Program-made: the position numbers and the translations under genes | Shown here: piece by piece, positions 18,215 through 29,494 of the stretch | Layout: each line of letters starts with the position of its first letter | Numbering within the stretch: the stretch's first letter is position 1 | From: a bacterium | GTDB taxonomy: Bacteria; Patescibacteriota; Patescibacteriia; SG8-24 | Direction: 5' to 3' | Assembly (NCBI GenBank): GCA_043825985.1 | Contig: JBDRRB010000004.1 | Coordinates: 1-42,412 of the forward strand | Length of the DNA stretch: 42,412 nucleotides | Notes under the pieces: generated by a model | Told to the model about the DNA's origin: nothing | The model's input: only the letters and a program-made list of their open reading frames with translations | Database searches by the model: none

Positions 18215-21200
18215 ATGAAGAGAAGATCTTTGTTCAGACGCATGCTGCGTCGTCCGGGGCAGACCCTGCTGAGTCTGCTGCTCGTCCTGTCGAGCGGCCT
18301 CGGTTCGGTCCTGGTACCGTTGCCGGTTCGGGCGGCTTCGACCGTCACGGTCACGACCAGCGGGCTGATCAACGGCGAGTTCGCCGGATCGCCGGTGCCC
18401 GCCAGCTCGCCGGCAATTGCTGTCCTCAAGCTGTCGGTTACGGCTTCGTCTGCCTCGCAGTCGCTGAGCTCGGTGACCGTCAACTTCAGCGGCTCTGGCC
18501 TGGTACAGGGTGATTTCGAGGCCATCGCCACCGGCGCCAGCTCCGGCGTCGCTTTATATAATGATGGGGGAGGCACCGCCGGCAGCCTCGACGGGACCGA
18601 CTCCGTTGTCGTCCTGGCCGGCTCTCCGGGCTGGACCGGGGAGACGACCGGCATCACCCTCACTCCGGCCGCTCCGGTTTCCCTGGTCAGCGGCACGCCG
18701 GTCATCCTGTACGTCGTCATCAAGACCTCGGCCGCGTTGGTCGACGGCCATCGGATTGTCGCCTCGGTTCCGGCCAACGGGGTGGTGACCTCGGACGGAA
18801 ACGGTCCGGCCTCCACCTTCACCGCCTTTGACCTGCGGGCGGACACCGCTCCGGCCCAGATCACCCAAGTCAACGGCTTCGTCGGCAATGCGGTCATTGA
18901 TGTCCTGTTTAACAAGCCGGTGCAGAAGGTCGGCGGGGGCAACCTGCTCACGACCAGCTTCACCTACGTCGACGGCGGCGGTGCGGCCCAGACCATATCG
19001 TCCATCTCGCACACGGCCGGACAGAACTTCGCCCGGCTGACCATGAGCGCGGCCCTCGACGCCGAGGACCTGGACGGTACGCCGGCGACGGTCGCTGCCG
19101 CCTCTAATGCCGTCGCTGACATGGGCGGCAACGTCGTCGGCACTTCGGCGGTCGAGCTCGGAAGCCCCATCGACATCACCACTTCGACCATTCCGACGGC
19201 GATCGTCGGTACCGGCTACACGACCGGCAGCCCGCTGGTGGCCTTCGCTGCCGCCGGAGGTACCGCCCCATACACTTTCGCCGCAAACGCCGAGGCGGAC
19301 TCGACGGTCCTGTCGAACGCCGGACTGGCCATCGTGAACGACGGCGGCACCTACAAGATAACCGGAACCGTCCTGGACGTTCCGGGCAGCTATCCGCTCT
19401 ACGTCAAGGTGACCGACTCCTCCGGCACCCCGCAGGAGATGACCCGTCGCTTCACCCTGAACGTGGGGCAGGTCGGCGGTGTCGTGCCGGGAATCACGAG
19501 CGTCGTTCCCGGTGCCGCACCCGTCGGCGCATCGGCCATGACGGTCGGCATATCCGGATCGGCGACCAGCTTTTCTCCGTCCAGCACCGTCCAGTTCCTG
19601 AGCGGCGGCGCTCCGGACGCGGCCATGACCGCCACTGTTGTCGCGGCGTCGTCGACGACCCTGACCCTGTCGGTCAACGTCGGGGGCGGGGCCACCACCG
19701 GTCCGCATGACGTCCGGGTGACGACCGGCGGGGAGATCGTCGAGCTGCCGGGCGGCTTCGGAATCTTTCCGGTCGGCGACAGCGGACTGAACCTACAGAA
19801 TCCGACCGACACGGCGACCGGCATATCGATGCCGCCGAACTTCAACTTCAGCCCGAGCTCCAACGTCTCGGCGGCGACTTACCGCATCACCATTAAATCG
19901 ACCTCCAACTTTTCCGGCACGGCGCTCTGGGACTACGCCTTCCCTAAGCCGGCCGACGTCAACAACAGCAACGGCAGTCACTGCACCGCGACCGGCTGCG
20001 ACATCGGCTACGGTGCCGGCTCGTTCCGGATCATCACCCAGCCCACGCCGCTGTCGCCGAACACCACCTACTATTGGCAGGTGAGGACGTACAGCCAGTC
20101 GCCGGACGGCGTCAGTGATGCTGTATCGCCGCTCGAGGGAACTTCGGTCAGGAGCTTCACCACGATCACAGCGATGGCCGACATCATGCCGCCGAACATT
20201 CGGCACCGCCCGGTGTTCCAGGCTACGGCAAGCAGCGACCTGAACCTGTTCGCCCGGATCGACGACAACCTGGCTACGACCACTACCACGCCGGCCCTGT
20301 CCGCCACCATAAACTACTGCGCCGGTGCGGGGTGCGACCCGTCTTCCGGAACCCAGGCCGCCGGCACTTTCGTCGGCAACGGCTACTTCCGGTTTACGGT
20401 ACCGGGCGCGACGGTCGGCGTCGCCGGTACGGTGGTCAGGTACTACCTGAGCGCGTCCGACGGGACAAATACTGCCACTTTTTACGATTTCGGTAGCACT
20501 CCCTTCACCCTAACTTCGGTTGCCGCCGGCGCGAGCAGCATCGCCGGTACCGTCCATGACGGCTCCGACGCGTGTCCGGCCGGCGTGCAGGGCGCGACGG
20601 TCTTCGCCGAGGGTACGGGCTTCACCGCGACCACCGACGGGTCGTGCGCCTACACCCTGTCCGGCCTGTCGGCCGGCATCTACGACGTGGTGGCGCTGAA
20701 GTCCGGGTATTCCGACCGGGTGATGAACGGCATTCCGGCCGGATCGTCCGGCATCGCCTTCCGCCTGCCGGAGGGCTTCGGCGGCGGCTTCGGCGGCGAC
20801 GGCACCAAGCCGCACGTCATGTTCACCGGCCCGGGGGACAACATGTCGAACATTCCCGGCGGCGACCCGAACTTCCTGACGTTCCTGGTGTTCGACAAGC
20901 CGATGAGCCAGACGTCGATCACCACGACCGGCAACCTGACCGTCAATGAGATCAACCAGGCGACCGGCGAGTTGACCGACATAACGTCAAAGGGATCCTG
21001 GACCTACTATCCGACGACGGTCGGACTGGACCGCCTTCCTCCGGTCAGCTATGCGGCAGCGTTTTCCTTCTCGCAGAGCGGCTGCGGCGGCGCGCCCTGC
21101 TCCTACGGCGACGGCAAGACGATCGCCGTCATCGTCTCCGGGTCGGTCACCGACACGTCCGGCAATCCGGTCATGGGCAACCAGCCGGACGGTTCGTACT

Positions 21201-24200
21201 CGTTCACCTTCTCGACCGGCACCACCTATTCGGGCAGCTTCGCCGAAGGGGAGACCTTCGGCACCGGCGAGTTCATCCCGCCGCACGTCACCGGAATGAC
21301 TCCGCCGCCGGGCAGCCTGGACGTGCCGATCGACCGCAAGATAGTGGTCAGCTTCTCCGATGCCATGGCCGACGATACGGTCGGTACATATCTTCTTAAG
21401 AGCTTTATCAAGATCTACTCCGTTTCCGGCACGACTGAGACCGACGTCTCGTCGTCTCTCATCAGCTCGACATCGCTCGACGCGACCAAGCGAAACGCCA
21501 CCTTGACCCTGACCGGCAGCCTGACCGCCTCTACCCGCTACCGACTCAAGGTGTTGGCCGGTGCCAAGGCGGCGACGGGGCTGACCATCGGTCCGCCAAA
21601 TTCGGGCAGTACGGTGATGTTCACCGGGGAGTTTAAGACCGGTACCGGAACCGACGTCGGTGCGCCGACCGTGACCGGGACGTTCCCGGACGCCAGCGCG
21701 ACCAATGTCCCCGTCAACCTCAACGCCGTGAACGTCGGGTTCAGCAAGGACATGGACGCCTCGACCATTTCGACCAGCACCGTCTACCTGTCGATCGGAT
21801 CGACGTCGGTCAACGGCACTGTCGAGTACCGCCCGTTCGAGCGGACGGCCTTCTTCGTCCCGCGGTCGGCGCTCAACGCGAACACGACCTACACGCTCAA
21901 CGTGACGACCGGCGTCCAGGCTCTCAACGGAACGGCACTGGCGTCGTCCGAGTCACGGACCTTCACTACCGGATCGGCCGACTCGGCCGCCCCGTCCGTG
22001 CAGTTCGGCAACGCCGACGACTTCTCGTTGGCCGTCACCTTCTCCGAGCCGATGAACGCCGCTCGGGCCACCGACACCCTGAACTTCGCCGCGAGCGTGC
22101 TCAAGCCGGCCAACTGGACCCTGAAGTACGCGACAGTCGGCGAGGACTCCTCGGCCGGTACGGCGATCACCGTTCCGTCCTCCGCCACCTTCAACTACGA
22201 CCAGGTGACGAACACCGTCGAGATCGCCGGCTATCACGGGGATGACCTGACACCGGCTACCCTACGCGGCAAGGAGCTCTACGTAGTAGTGACCGGAGTC
22301 AAGGACCTGTCCGGAAATTCCATCGCGACCGATGGTGGGGCCAACACCGCCAAGATGGTGATCCTGAACAGCGCCGACACTCAAGGCGCCCTCGGTCCGA
22401 TGGGAATGTCCGGCGATGCCTTCTCCGGTCAGGGCGGGTTCGTTCCGGACAACTTCGACTCCGGCACGTTCGGCTTTGCCCCGCCGGTCGAGGTCCGTCC
22501 GTTCAACACGATGCCGGGTCAGATAACGACCTACGGCATACGTCTGCCGGTCTCGCAGCAGATCCCGTCCGGCGGCGCGATCGTAGTCACTTTCCCGGTC
22601 GGCTTCGACGTCTCGGCCGCACGCCAGGACGTGAACAGCCCGATGCGGCAGGACCTCAACGGTCCGGGTTCAGGCACCGTCACCTTCAAGTGCAATCCAG
22701 TCGGTGCGCCGACCGGCGCCTCCTGTTCCGGCACGGCCAATGCGGACGATACCGGTGCGGCCCAGGGCGGCCTGGCCGGCGACGGCGTGGTGGTCGATAC
22801 GGCCTCGCGCAGCGTCAAGGTCTACCTGTCCGCGGCGACCAACGTCGAGGGACATGACTTCCTCAGCATCGACATCGCGGGAATCAAGAACGCCACCGTC
22901 CCGAAGGACATGAACACCTCGGGCTACACGGCCGACGTCAAGACCAAGAACGGAACGACGCTGGTCGAGTCTCTGACCTCGATGCCGTTCTTCATCCAGT
23001 CCGGCGGCAGCGGCTCCTTCACCCTGAGCGGCACCATAACCGCCACCGGGAACGTCGCCAGCGGCACGATGAAGGTCTATCTCTTCTCTCCGCTCACCGG
23101 ACCGCTTGAGGCCACGACGGCCGACTTCTCCGGCGGGGAGACGGCAGCCTACAGCTTCTCCCTGCTGCCGGCGGGGGACTACATGATCTCGACCGACCAG
23201 ACGGTGCTGATCGACTCGGCCGAGTTCGTCGGCAAGTCCATGCCGGAACGCGTCGCCATCTCCGCGAACACCACCTACAACATGACCCTGGCCAGCGTGT
23301 CCGCCGGAGGCACGGCCGTCACGGTAAACGTGACCGGTCCGGCCAACGAGCCGCTGGATATCTTCGCCGGGTCGCCGACCGGGTTCCGCGTCCGGCAGAT
23401 TACGCTGAACGGCGGCGGCACCGGTACCACGACGCTCAACCTGCCGGACGGCGAGTGGAGCATCGGCGTCGGTCCGCAGATGCCGAAGGGCTTCACCGGA
23501 GCCCCGCCCGCGCCTTCCTACCTGCCGCCGCGCAACAAGCAGGCCAAGATCGCCAATCCGGCCTGCACCATAGACGGTAGCGTCACCTGCACCGCCGCCT
23601 TCACGCTGACTGCCTCGGACAAGACCATTCGCGGCCTGGTCAAGGACGGCTCCGGTCGGGTCATCGCCAACGCCGAGGTGTTCGCCTACTCGCCGAACGG
23701 CGGTTTCGGGACCCATGCGCAGAGCGCGACCGACGGCAGCTTCACCCTGAACGTGGTCGACGGAAGCTATGTTGTCGGCGCCTTCGTGCCGGGCATGCCA
23801 AACTCCAAGGAGGTTCCGGTAGTCGTGACCAGCCATGCCACCACCTACCTGCTGCTCGACGGCGCCACTACGGCGATCACTCCGGCCGCTGCCGCCACCT
23901 CGTTCATCCTGAAGGTCGCCAAGCCCGACTACACCATTTCCGGTCGGGTGACCGACGGCACGAGCGTGGTCAAGGGTGCCTCAGTCTATGCCTACAAGAC
24001 CAACGGTCCGGGCCATGCCGACGTGCTGACCGACAGCTCCGGCAACTACACCCTGTACGTCAGCGCCGGTACCTGGAACGTCGGGACCTTCCTGCCGCAG
24101 TACGGCCGCCTGGCCGAACAGTCGGTGACCGTCTCGACCGCCAACGTCACCAGCATCAACTTCTCGCCGTCGCAGACCGGCACCGGGACTTTCTATACCG

Positions 24201-27100
24201 TCTCCGGCTCGGTCACCTCGGGTGGATCGCCGGTCGTCGGGGCCTTCGTCCGGATCGCCGGGAACAGCACCAACAACGAGGTCACGACCGGCACCGACGG
24301 GGCCTACAGCATGCGCGTTCCGGCTTGCGCCACGGCCAGCTGCTACACGCTCAAGGCCTTCGCTCCCGGCATCGGCGAGCTTCCGCCGCTGACGCCGTTC
24401 AGCCTGACCTCCGACGCCTCCGGAAAGAACTTCGCCGTGGCCGCGCCGAGGACAGTCACCGTAACCTTCTCGTCGCCGGTCACCCGGGCCTTCATCGACA
24501 TGTTCGCCACGACCGGCTCCGGAGCGCATGTCGACGTGGTCAGTTCAGCGACCGGAACCCTGTCCCTGCCTGACGGCAGCTATCGGGTCCGGATCGACGC
24601 TCCGGGCATGTCGATCTCGCCGTCTGACATCAGCGGCGACGGCTACAACAGCTCGACCGGCGTCTTCACCGTATCGGCCGCGAACATCGCCCTGAGCGTG
24701 ACCCTGCCGACGCTCCGGACGATAACCGGAACGGTCACCGACGGCGCAGACAACATCGCCAACGCCTGGGTCGAGGTGGTCGACCCGACCAACGGCATCC
24801 ATTTCGGCGCCCAGACCGACTCCACCTCGGCTCCGGGCACAAACTTCAGCCTGACTCTGGCGGACGGAACCTACTTCATCAACGCCATGAAGCCCGGCTA
24901 CTTCCGCCAGCCGACGACCCTGGTGGTGAACGGCGCCACCCCGGCCCAGACCATCACCCTGTCGTCCGCCTCGACCACGATCTCCGGTCAGGTGCTCATC
25001 GGCAGTTCCGGTGCCTCCAACGCCTTCGTTCGCGGCGACAAGATCGGCGGCGGCTTCTCCGGCACTCAGGCCGACGCCAACGGCAACTACGTCCTGCCGG
25101 TCGACTCGGGCCTGTGGAAGGTCTATGCCGTGGCTGAGGGCTACCAGGAGGCCGGATACACCAGCAACCCGATCGACGTCACCGGCGGTTCGGTGATCGG
25201 CAAGAACATCACCTTGGCCACGGCCGTGAACGTCGCGCCGCCGCAGTCGAGGCCGATCACTCCCGCCTCGGGCGGAACGATCGAGGACGACACCGCCGGA
25301 CTGCGGATGACCATACCGGCCAACGCCCTCGGTACCTCCAGTTCGTCCGGAATGATCACCGCCCGGGAGACGAACAACGTCCGCTCGACCAACACCGCCA
25401 ACGTGGTCATGGTCTACGACGCCCAGACTAACTCCTACATTCCGGTCGCCAAGGACGTCTCGGCCACCGACGCCGACGGAAATCCGATCACCAACCTCGA
25501 CGACTCGATCAGCCTGGAGATGGACTACACGGTAGCCGAGCTGGCCGCCACCCGTTCGGCCACCGACTCGTCGATCGACACCCGTGCCGAGGCGGAGATG
25601 CTGACCATGGCCTACTGGGACGCCACCAACCAGAGCTGGACGGCCCTGCCGAGCACGGTGACCTTCCGCGACTCGGACCGCAGCATCGTCAACGAGCCGG
25701 CCGACAACCTGTCGAACGTCTCGATCGTGACGGTCTCGGCGACGACGGACCACTTCTCGCTCTACGCGCCGATCGTCTCGACCGACCCATCGGCCCCGTC
25801 CACCCCGTCCGGCCTGGCCGCCACTGCGGTCACGACCGCCCGCATCGACCTCAGCTGGACGCAGACCGCGGGGGCGACCGGCTACGACATCTACCGGAGC
25901 ACCTCGTCCGGCGGAACCTATACCCGCCTGGGCAGCGAGCCGACCGTCAGCTCCGGCTCGACCGTGTCCTATAGCGACACTGGGCTCAACTCCTCGACCA
26001 CCTACTACTACAAGATCTCGGCCGTGAACGGCAGCGGCGAGTCGGCCTCGTCGTCCGCGGTCAGCGACACCACTCAGTCTGGTGGCAGCTCGAATCAGGC
26101 CGCGACGGTCACCCTCTCCCTGCCGAACGGCGGCGAGGTCATCACCGCCGGCTCGACCTACCGCGTCATGTGGGGTACCGGCGGATCGAACATCCAGGGC
26201 GTCGACGTCCTGCTGTCGACCGACGGCGGGTCGACGTTCCAGACGACCGTCGCCTCGATGGTCGGCAACAACGGGTACTACGATTGGTCCGTCCCGTCCT
26301 CCCTCTCGTCGGCGACGGCCCGCATCAGGGTTGAGGCAGTCGTTGGCGGCAGCGTGGCCGCATCCGACTCGAGCGAGGAGAACTTCATCGTCCGGTCCTC
26401 CGGTTCCGGCTCCAACGGTGGAGGCGGAGGGGGCGGAGGAGGCGGCAGCACTCCGGCGTCGGATTCAAGCACGTCTTCCGCGGACGGCGATTCGTCCGAG
26501 GCGGAATCAGGGTCCGAATCGTTCGAGGACACCGAGTCCTCTTTCCCGACCGGTACGCATGAGCGCGTCGCTTACTCGGCCGACGAGATGGATGCCCCGT
26601 CCGCCGACCCGAACATGTCGGGCGCGTTTGACCGCAGCCTGGCCGTGATCTCGACGCCGACCATCGACGTCGACCTGGGAATCCTTCCTCCGCCGGTCGA
26701 GATCCGTCTGCCCTGCGTCGGCGGAAGCCTGTTCAAGACCGCGGGCAGCCCGGCCGTCTACTACTGCGGCAAGAACGGCCGGCGCTACGTCTTCCCCAAC
26801 CAGAACGTCTACTCGACCTGGTTCGAGGGGTTCGGCGGAGTGCTGACCGTCTCGCCCGACGACCTAGCGGCGGCACCGCTCGGCGGCAACGTCAACTACC
26901 GCCCCGGCGTCCGGATGATCAAGGTCCAGTCCGATCCCAAGGTCTACGCCGTCTCGAGGAACGGTCTCCTGCGCTGGGTGTCCAGCGAGGAGCAGGCCCG
27001 TTCGCTCTACGGCGACGACTGGAACCGTCAGATCGACGACCTGAACCCGGCGTTCTTCTTCTCCTACTCGATCGGTGATCCGATCGGCTCCGGAGAGTGA
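18215..27100 (+). CDS. giant (~2960 aa) secreted surface protein: Ig-like, carboxypeptidase-regulatory-like and FN3 domains with a CPR-type C-terminal module
   Basis: Signal peptide, T/S/G-rich beta repeats (ISGRVTDG..V.GA.VYA), Big_5-like units (V.FSxxM), FN3 (LSWTQ..GYDIYRS..TYYYKISA), poly-G/S linker, and terminal GSLFK..AVYY..GRRYVFPN..LYGDDW. Confidence 0.9.
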   Translation: MKRRSLFRRMLRRPGQTLLSLLLVLSSGLGSVLVPLPVRAASTVTVTTSGLINGEFAGSPVPASSPAIAVLKLSVTASSASQSLSSVTVNFSGSGLVQGDFEAIATGASSGVALYNDGGGTAGSLDGTDSVVVLAGSPGWTGETTGITLTPAAPVSLVSGTPVILYVVIKTSAALVDGHRIVASVPANGVVTSDGNGPASTFTAFDLRADTAPAQITQVNGFVGNAVIDVLFNKPVQKVGGGNLLTTSFTYVDGGGAAQTISSISHTAGQNFARLTMSAALDAEDLDGTPATVAAASNAVADMGGNVVGTSAVELGSPIDITTSTIPTAIVGTGYTTGSPLVAFAAAGGTAPYTFAANAEADSTVLSNAGLAIVNDGGTYKITGTVLDVPGSYPLYVKVTDSSGTPQEMTRRFTLNVGQVGGVVPGITSVVPGAAPVGASAMTVGISGSATSFSPSSTVQFLSGGAPDAAMTATVVAASSTTLTLSVNVGGGATTGPHDVRVTTGGEIVELPGGFGIFPVGDSGLNLQNPTDTATGISMPPNFNFSPSSNVSAATYRITIKSTSNFSGTALWDYAFPKPADVNNSNGSHCTATGCDIGYGAGSFRIITQPTPLSPNTTYYWQVRTYSQSPDGVSDAVSPLEGTSVRSFTTITAMADIMPPNIRHRPVFQATASSDLNLFARIDDNLATTTTTPALSATINYCAGAGCDPSSGTQAAGTFVGNGYFRFTVPGATVGVAGTVVRYYLSASDGTNTATFYDFGSTPFTLTSVAAGASSIAGTVHDGSDACPAGVQGATVFAEGTGFTATTDGSCAYTLSGLSAGIYDVVALKSGYSDRVMNGIPAGSSGIAFRLPEGFGGGFGGDGTKPHVMFTGPGDNMSNIPGGDPNFLTFLVFDKPMSQTSITTTGNLTVNEINQATGELTDITSKGSWTYYPTTVGLDRLPPVSYAAAFSFSQSGCGGAPCSYGDGKTIAVIVSGSVTDTSGNPVMGNQPDGSYSFTFSTGTTYSGSFAEGETFGTGEFIPPHVTGMTPPPGSLDVPIDRKIVVSFSDAMADDTVGTYLLKSFIKIYSVSGTTETDVSSSLISSTSLDATKRNATLTLTGSLTASTRYRLKVLAGAKAATGLTIGPPNSGSTVMFTGEFKTGTGTDVGAPTVTGTFPDASATNVPVNLNAVNVGFSKDMDASTISTSTVYLSIGSTSVNGTVEYRPFERTAFFVPRSALNANTTYTLNVTTGVQALNGTALASSESRTFTTGSADSAAPSVQFGNADDFSLAVTFSEPMNAARATDTLNFAASVLKPANWTLKYATVGEDSSAGTAITVPSSATFNYDQVTNTVEIAGYHGDDLTPATLRGKELYVVVTGVKDLSGNSIATDGGANTAKMVILNSADTQGALGPMGMSGDAFSGQGGFVPDNFDSGTFGFAPPVEVRPFNTMPGQITTYGIRLPVSQQIPSGGAIVVTFPVGFDVSAARQDVNSPMRQDLNGPGSGTVTFKCNPVGAPTGASCSGTANADDTGAAQGGLAGDGVVVDTASRSVKVYLSAATNVEGHDFLSIDIAGIKNATVPKDMNTSGYTADVKTKNGTTLVESLTSMPFFIQSGGSGSFTLSGTITATGNVASGTMKVYLFSPLTGPLEATTADFSGGETAAYSFSLLPAGDYMISTDQTVLIDSAEFVGKSMPERVAISANTTYNMTLASVSAGGTAVTVNVTGPANEPLDIFAGSPTGFRVRQITLNGGGTGTTTLNLPDGEWSIGVGPQMPKGFTGAPPAPSYLPPRNKQAKIANPACTIDGSVTCTAAFTLTASDKTIRGLVKDGSGRVIANAEVFAYSPNGGFGTHAQSATDGSFTLNVVDGSYVVGAFVPGMPNSKEVPVVVTSHATTYLLLDGATTAITPAAAATSFILKVAKPDYTISGRVTDGTSVVKGASVYAYKTNGPGHADVLTDSSGNYTLYVSAGTWNVGTFLPQYGRLAEQSVTVSTANVTSINFSPSQTGTGTFYTVSGSVTSGGSPVVGAFVRIAGNSTNNEVTTGTDGAYSMRVPACATASCYTLKAFAPGIGELPPLTPFSLTSDASGKNFAVAAPRTVTVTFSSPVTRAFIDMFATTGSGAHVDVVSSATGTLSLPDGSYRVRIDAPGMSISPSDISGDGYNSSTGVFTVSAANIALSVTLPTLRTITGTVTDGADNIANAWVEVVDPTNGIHFGAQTDSTSAPGTNFSLTLADGTYFINAMKPGYFRQPTTLVVNGATPAQTITLSSASTTISGQVLIGSSGASNAFVRGDKIGGGFSGTQADANGNYVLPVDSGLWKVYAVAEGYQEAGYTSNPIDVTGGSVIGKNITLATAVNVAPPQSRPITPASGGTIEDDTAGLRMTIPANALGTSSSSGMITARETNNVRSTNTANVVMVYDAQTNSYIPVAKDVSATDADGNPITNLDDSISLEMDYTVAELAATRSATDSSIDTRAEAEMLTMAYWDATNQSWTALPSTVTFRDSDRSIVNEPADNLSNVSIVTVSATTDHFSLYAPIVSTDPSAPSTPSGLAATAVTTARIDLSWTQTAGATGYDIYRSTSSGGTYTRLGSEPTVSSGSTVSYSDTGLNSSTTYYYKISAVNGSGESASSSAVSDTTQSGGSSNQAATVTLSLPNGGEVITAGSTYRVMWGTGGSNIQGVDVLLSTDGGSTFQTTVASMVGNNGYYDWSVPSSLSSATARIRVEAVVGGSVAASDSSEENFIVRSSGSGSNGGGGGGGGGGSTPASDSSTSSADGDSSEAESGSESFEDTESSFPTGTHERVAYSADEMDAPSADPNMSGAFDRSLAVISTPTIDVDLGILPPPVEIRLPCVGGSLFKTAGSPAVYYCGKNGRRYVFPNQNVYSTWFEGFGGVLTVSPDDLAAAPLGGNVNYRPGVRMIKVQSDPKVYAVSRNGLLRWVSSEEQARSLYGDDWNRQIDDLNPAFFFSYSIGDPIGSGE

Positions 27101-27116
27101 CGGTCGGCAGGAAGTA

Positions 27117-27152
27117 AGAGGGGCGGCCTCCCAGACGGGAGGTCGCCTCTTT
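27117..27152 (+). terminator. intrinsic terminator of the giant gene
   Basis: GGCGGCCTCCC/GGGAGGTCGCC stem followed by T residues. Confidence 0.7.
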
Positions 27153-27317
27153 GGTTCAAACCAAAAAGACGGTTCGACCGTCTCTGTCGCGTCACCTGCC
27201 GTCGTTATTGCCCACCCCCGCAAGGCACTGATCTCTTTTCTGGATAGAAAACGCAGGACCGGAGTATCCAGTCCTGCTAAGTCCCGTTGGCCACCGGTTC
27301 ACGGCGAGCGCGGCGTG

Positions 27318-27506
27318 TCAGGTTGCCTTCGGGTTCAGGGTCTGGCTGTCATTGGTGGAGCAAGAGCCGGTCATTTTGAGGTGACCCGGACCCTCGGTTG
27401 TCACGCCTTTGCCAACCGACGAGCTTCTCCCGGCGTCCGTATTCTCCGTTGGACTGCCACGAGCCTGCTCGGTCATCGAGGTTCTTTCTCGATTGATCGT
27501 TTCCAT
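27318..27506 (-). CDS. 62-aa small orphan ORF
   Basis: SD GGGAGG, a strong promoter, and a downstream hairpin GCAGGACTGGA/TCCGGTCCTGC with a T-run. Confidence 0.5.
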   Translation of the reverse strand: METINRERTSMTEQARGSPTENTDAGRSSSVGKGVTTEGPGHLKMTGSCSTNDSQTLNPKAT

Positions 27507-27535
27507 GATGGACCTCCCTGTCACATGGCATGGGT

Positions 27536-27590
27536 AAGATAGCAAAGCGTCCTCTTTGTGGCAATTCGATTTAGCCTTATTTGTGGATAA
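27536..27590 (-). promoter_or_regulatory. sigma70 promoter with perfect DnaA box
   Basis: Minus strand: TTATCCACA (27590-27582), then TTGCCA (27564-27559)-17 nt-TATCTT (27541-27536) with extended TG. Confidence 0.65.
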
Positions 27591-27624
27591 GTTTTTCTGT
27601 TTAGGTAGCGACAGCTGAATTTGT

Positions 27625-27653
27625 TTGATTTATTTTTTATCTCTTTGTAAGAT
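27625..27653 (+). promoter_or_regulatory. sigma70 promoter of the 328-nt RNA
   Basis: TTGATT-17 nt-TAAGAT; predicted start about 27660-27661. Confidence 0.6.
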
Positions 27654-27660
27654 AGCCCTT

Positions 27661-27988
27661 GCTTGGCGAGTGAGAGGAATAAGCATCTCGGGTACGCCCG
27701 TAGGAACCCCTGAAAGCGCCAACGGCGCGAGAAAAAGGTTCCGCTGCTTCCCGAGAAACTTTAAAGGGGGTGCGTAGACCTTGTCTGCGCATAGCCCAGA
27801 CGGTCGGCTAAGTCACCTCAGAAACACTCACTGCGTCGTAGTGGGGTGCGAGAGGCGGTCGATGCCTCCGGTGACCTCCGTTCGGCGGAAAACTGAGATA
27901 CGCTCTCAGTTTGCCGGTAAAAACGGTATCCCTGACCGTGAGGACAGGACATACCTCGGGTAGGGTCGCGGTACCCATTTCGCCAAGC
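27661..27988 (+). ncRNA. candidate large structured ncRNA of unknown class (~328 nt)
   Basis: 5' GCTTGGCGA pairs with 3' TCGCCAAGC. At least 8 internal helices, its own promoter and terminator, and no credible ORF. Confidence 0.65.
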
Positions 27989-27992
27989 GTCT

Positions 27993-28025
27993 TGAGCAGG
28001 TCGATCTTCGACCTGCTCATTTTTT
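27993..28025 (+). terminator. intrinsic terminator
   Basis: Perfect 12-bp stem TGAGCAGGTCGA/TCGACCTGCTCA followed by T6. Confidence 0.85.
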
Positions 28026-28077
28026 GTTCAAAGAGCCGACCGTGTTGGCGGTCGGCTTTTGGTTCGCATCCGGGGCT

Positions 28078-29340
<1,263 letters not shown>

Positions 29341-29494
29341 AGGGTGTCGGGTCAGTGATTTGTCGTTACATTATAGACCGACGTCTTGGCGGCGGCCAAC
29401 CGGCAGCCTTATCAGCCCGTTCGCCTTGGGCCGTGCCGTTCATAGGTGGTGCGTTGTCAGTAACGGCCCGTCTGGGCCGGTGTCGCCTGACCTT

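Noticed and set aside
27318-27506. Lasso/RiPP precursor
   Set aside because: A T-G-S motif is present, but the acceptor Asp spacing is wrong and no maturation genes are nearby.
27661-27988. RNase P RNA or tmRNA identity for the 328-nt RNA
   Set aside because: The size fits, but the GAGGAAAGUCC and ACAGAA..CGGCUUA regions, tRNA-Ala-like ends and a tag ORF were not found on either strand.
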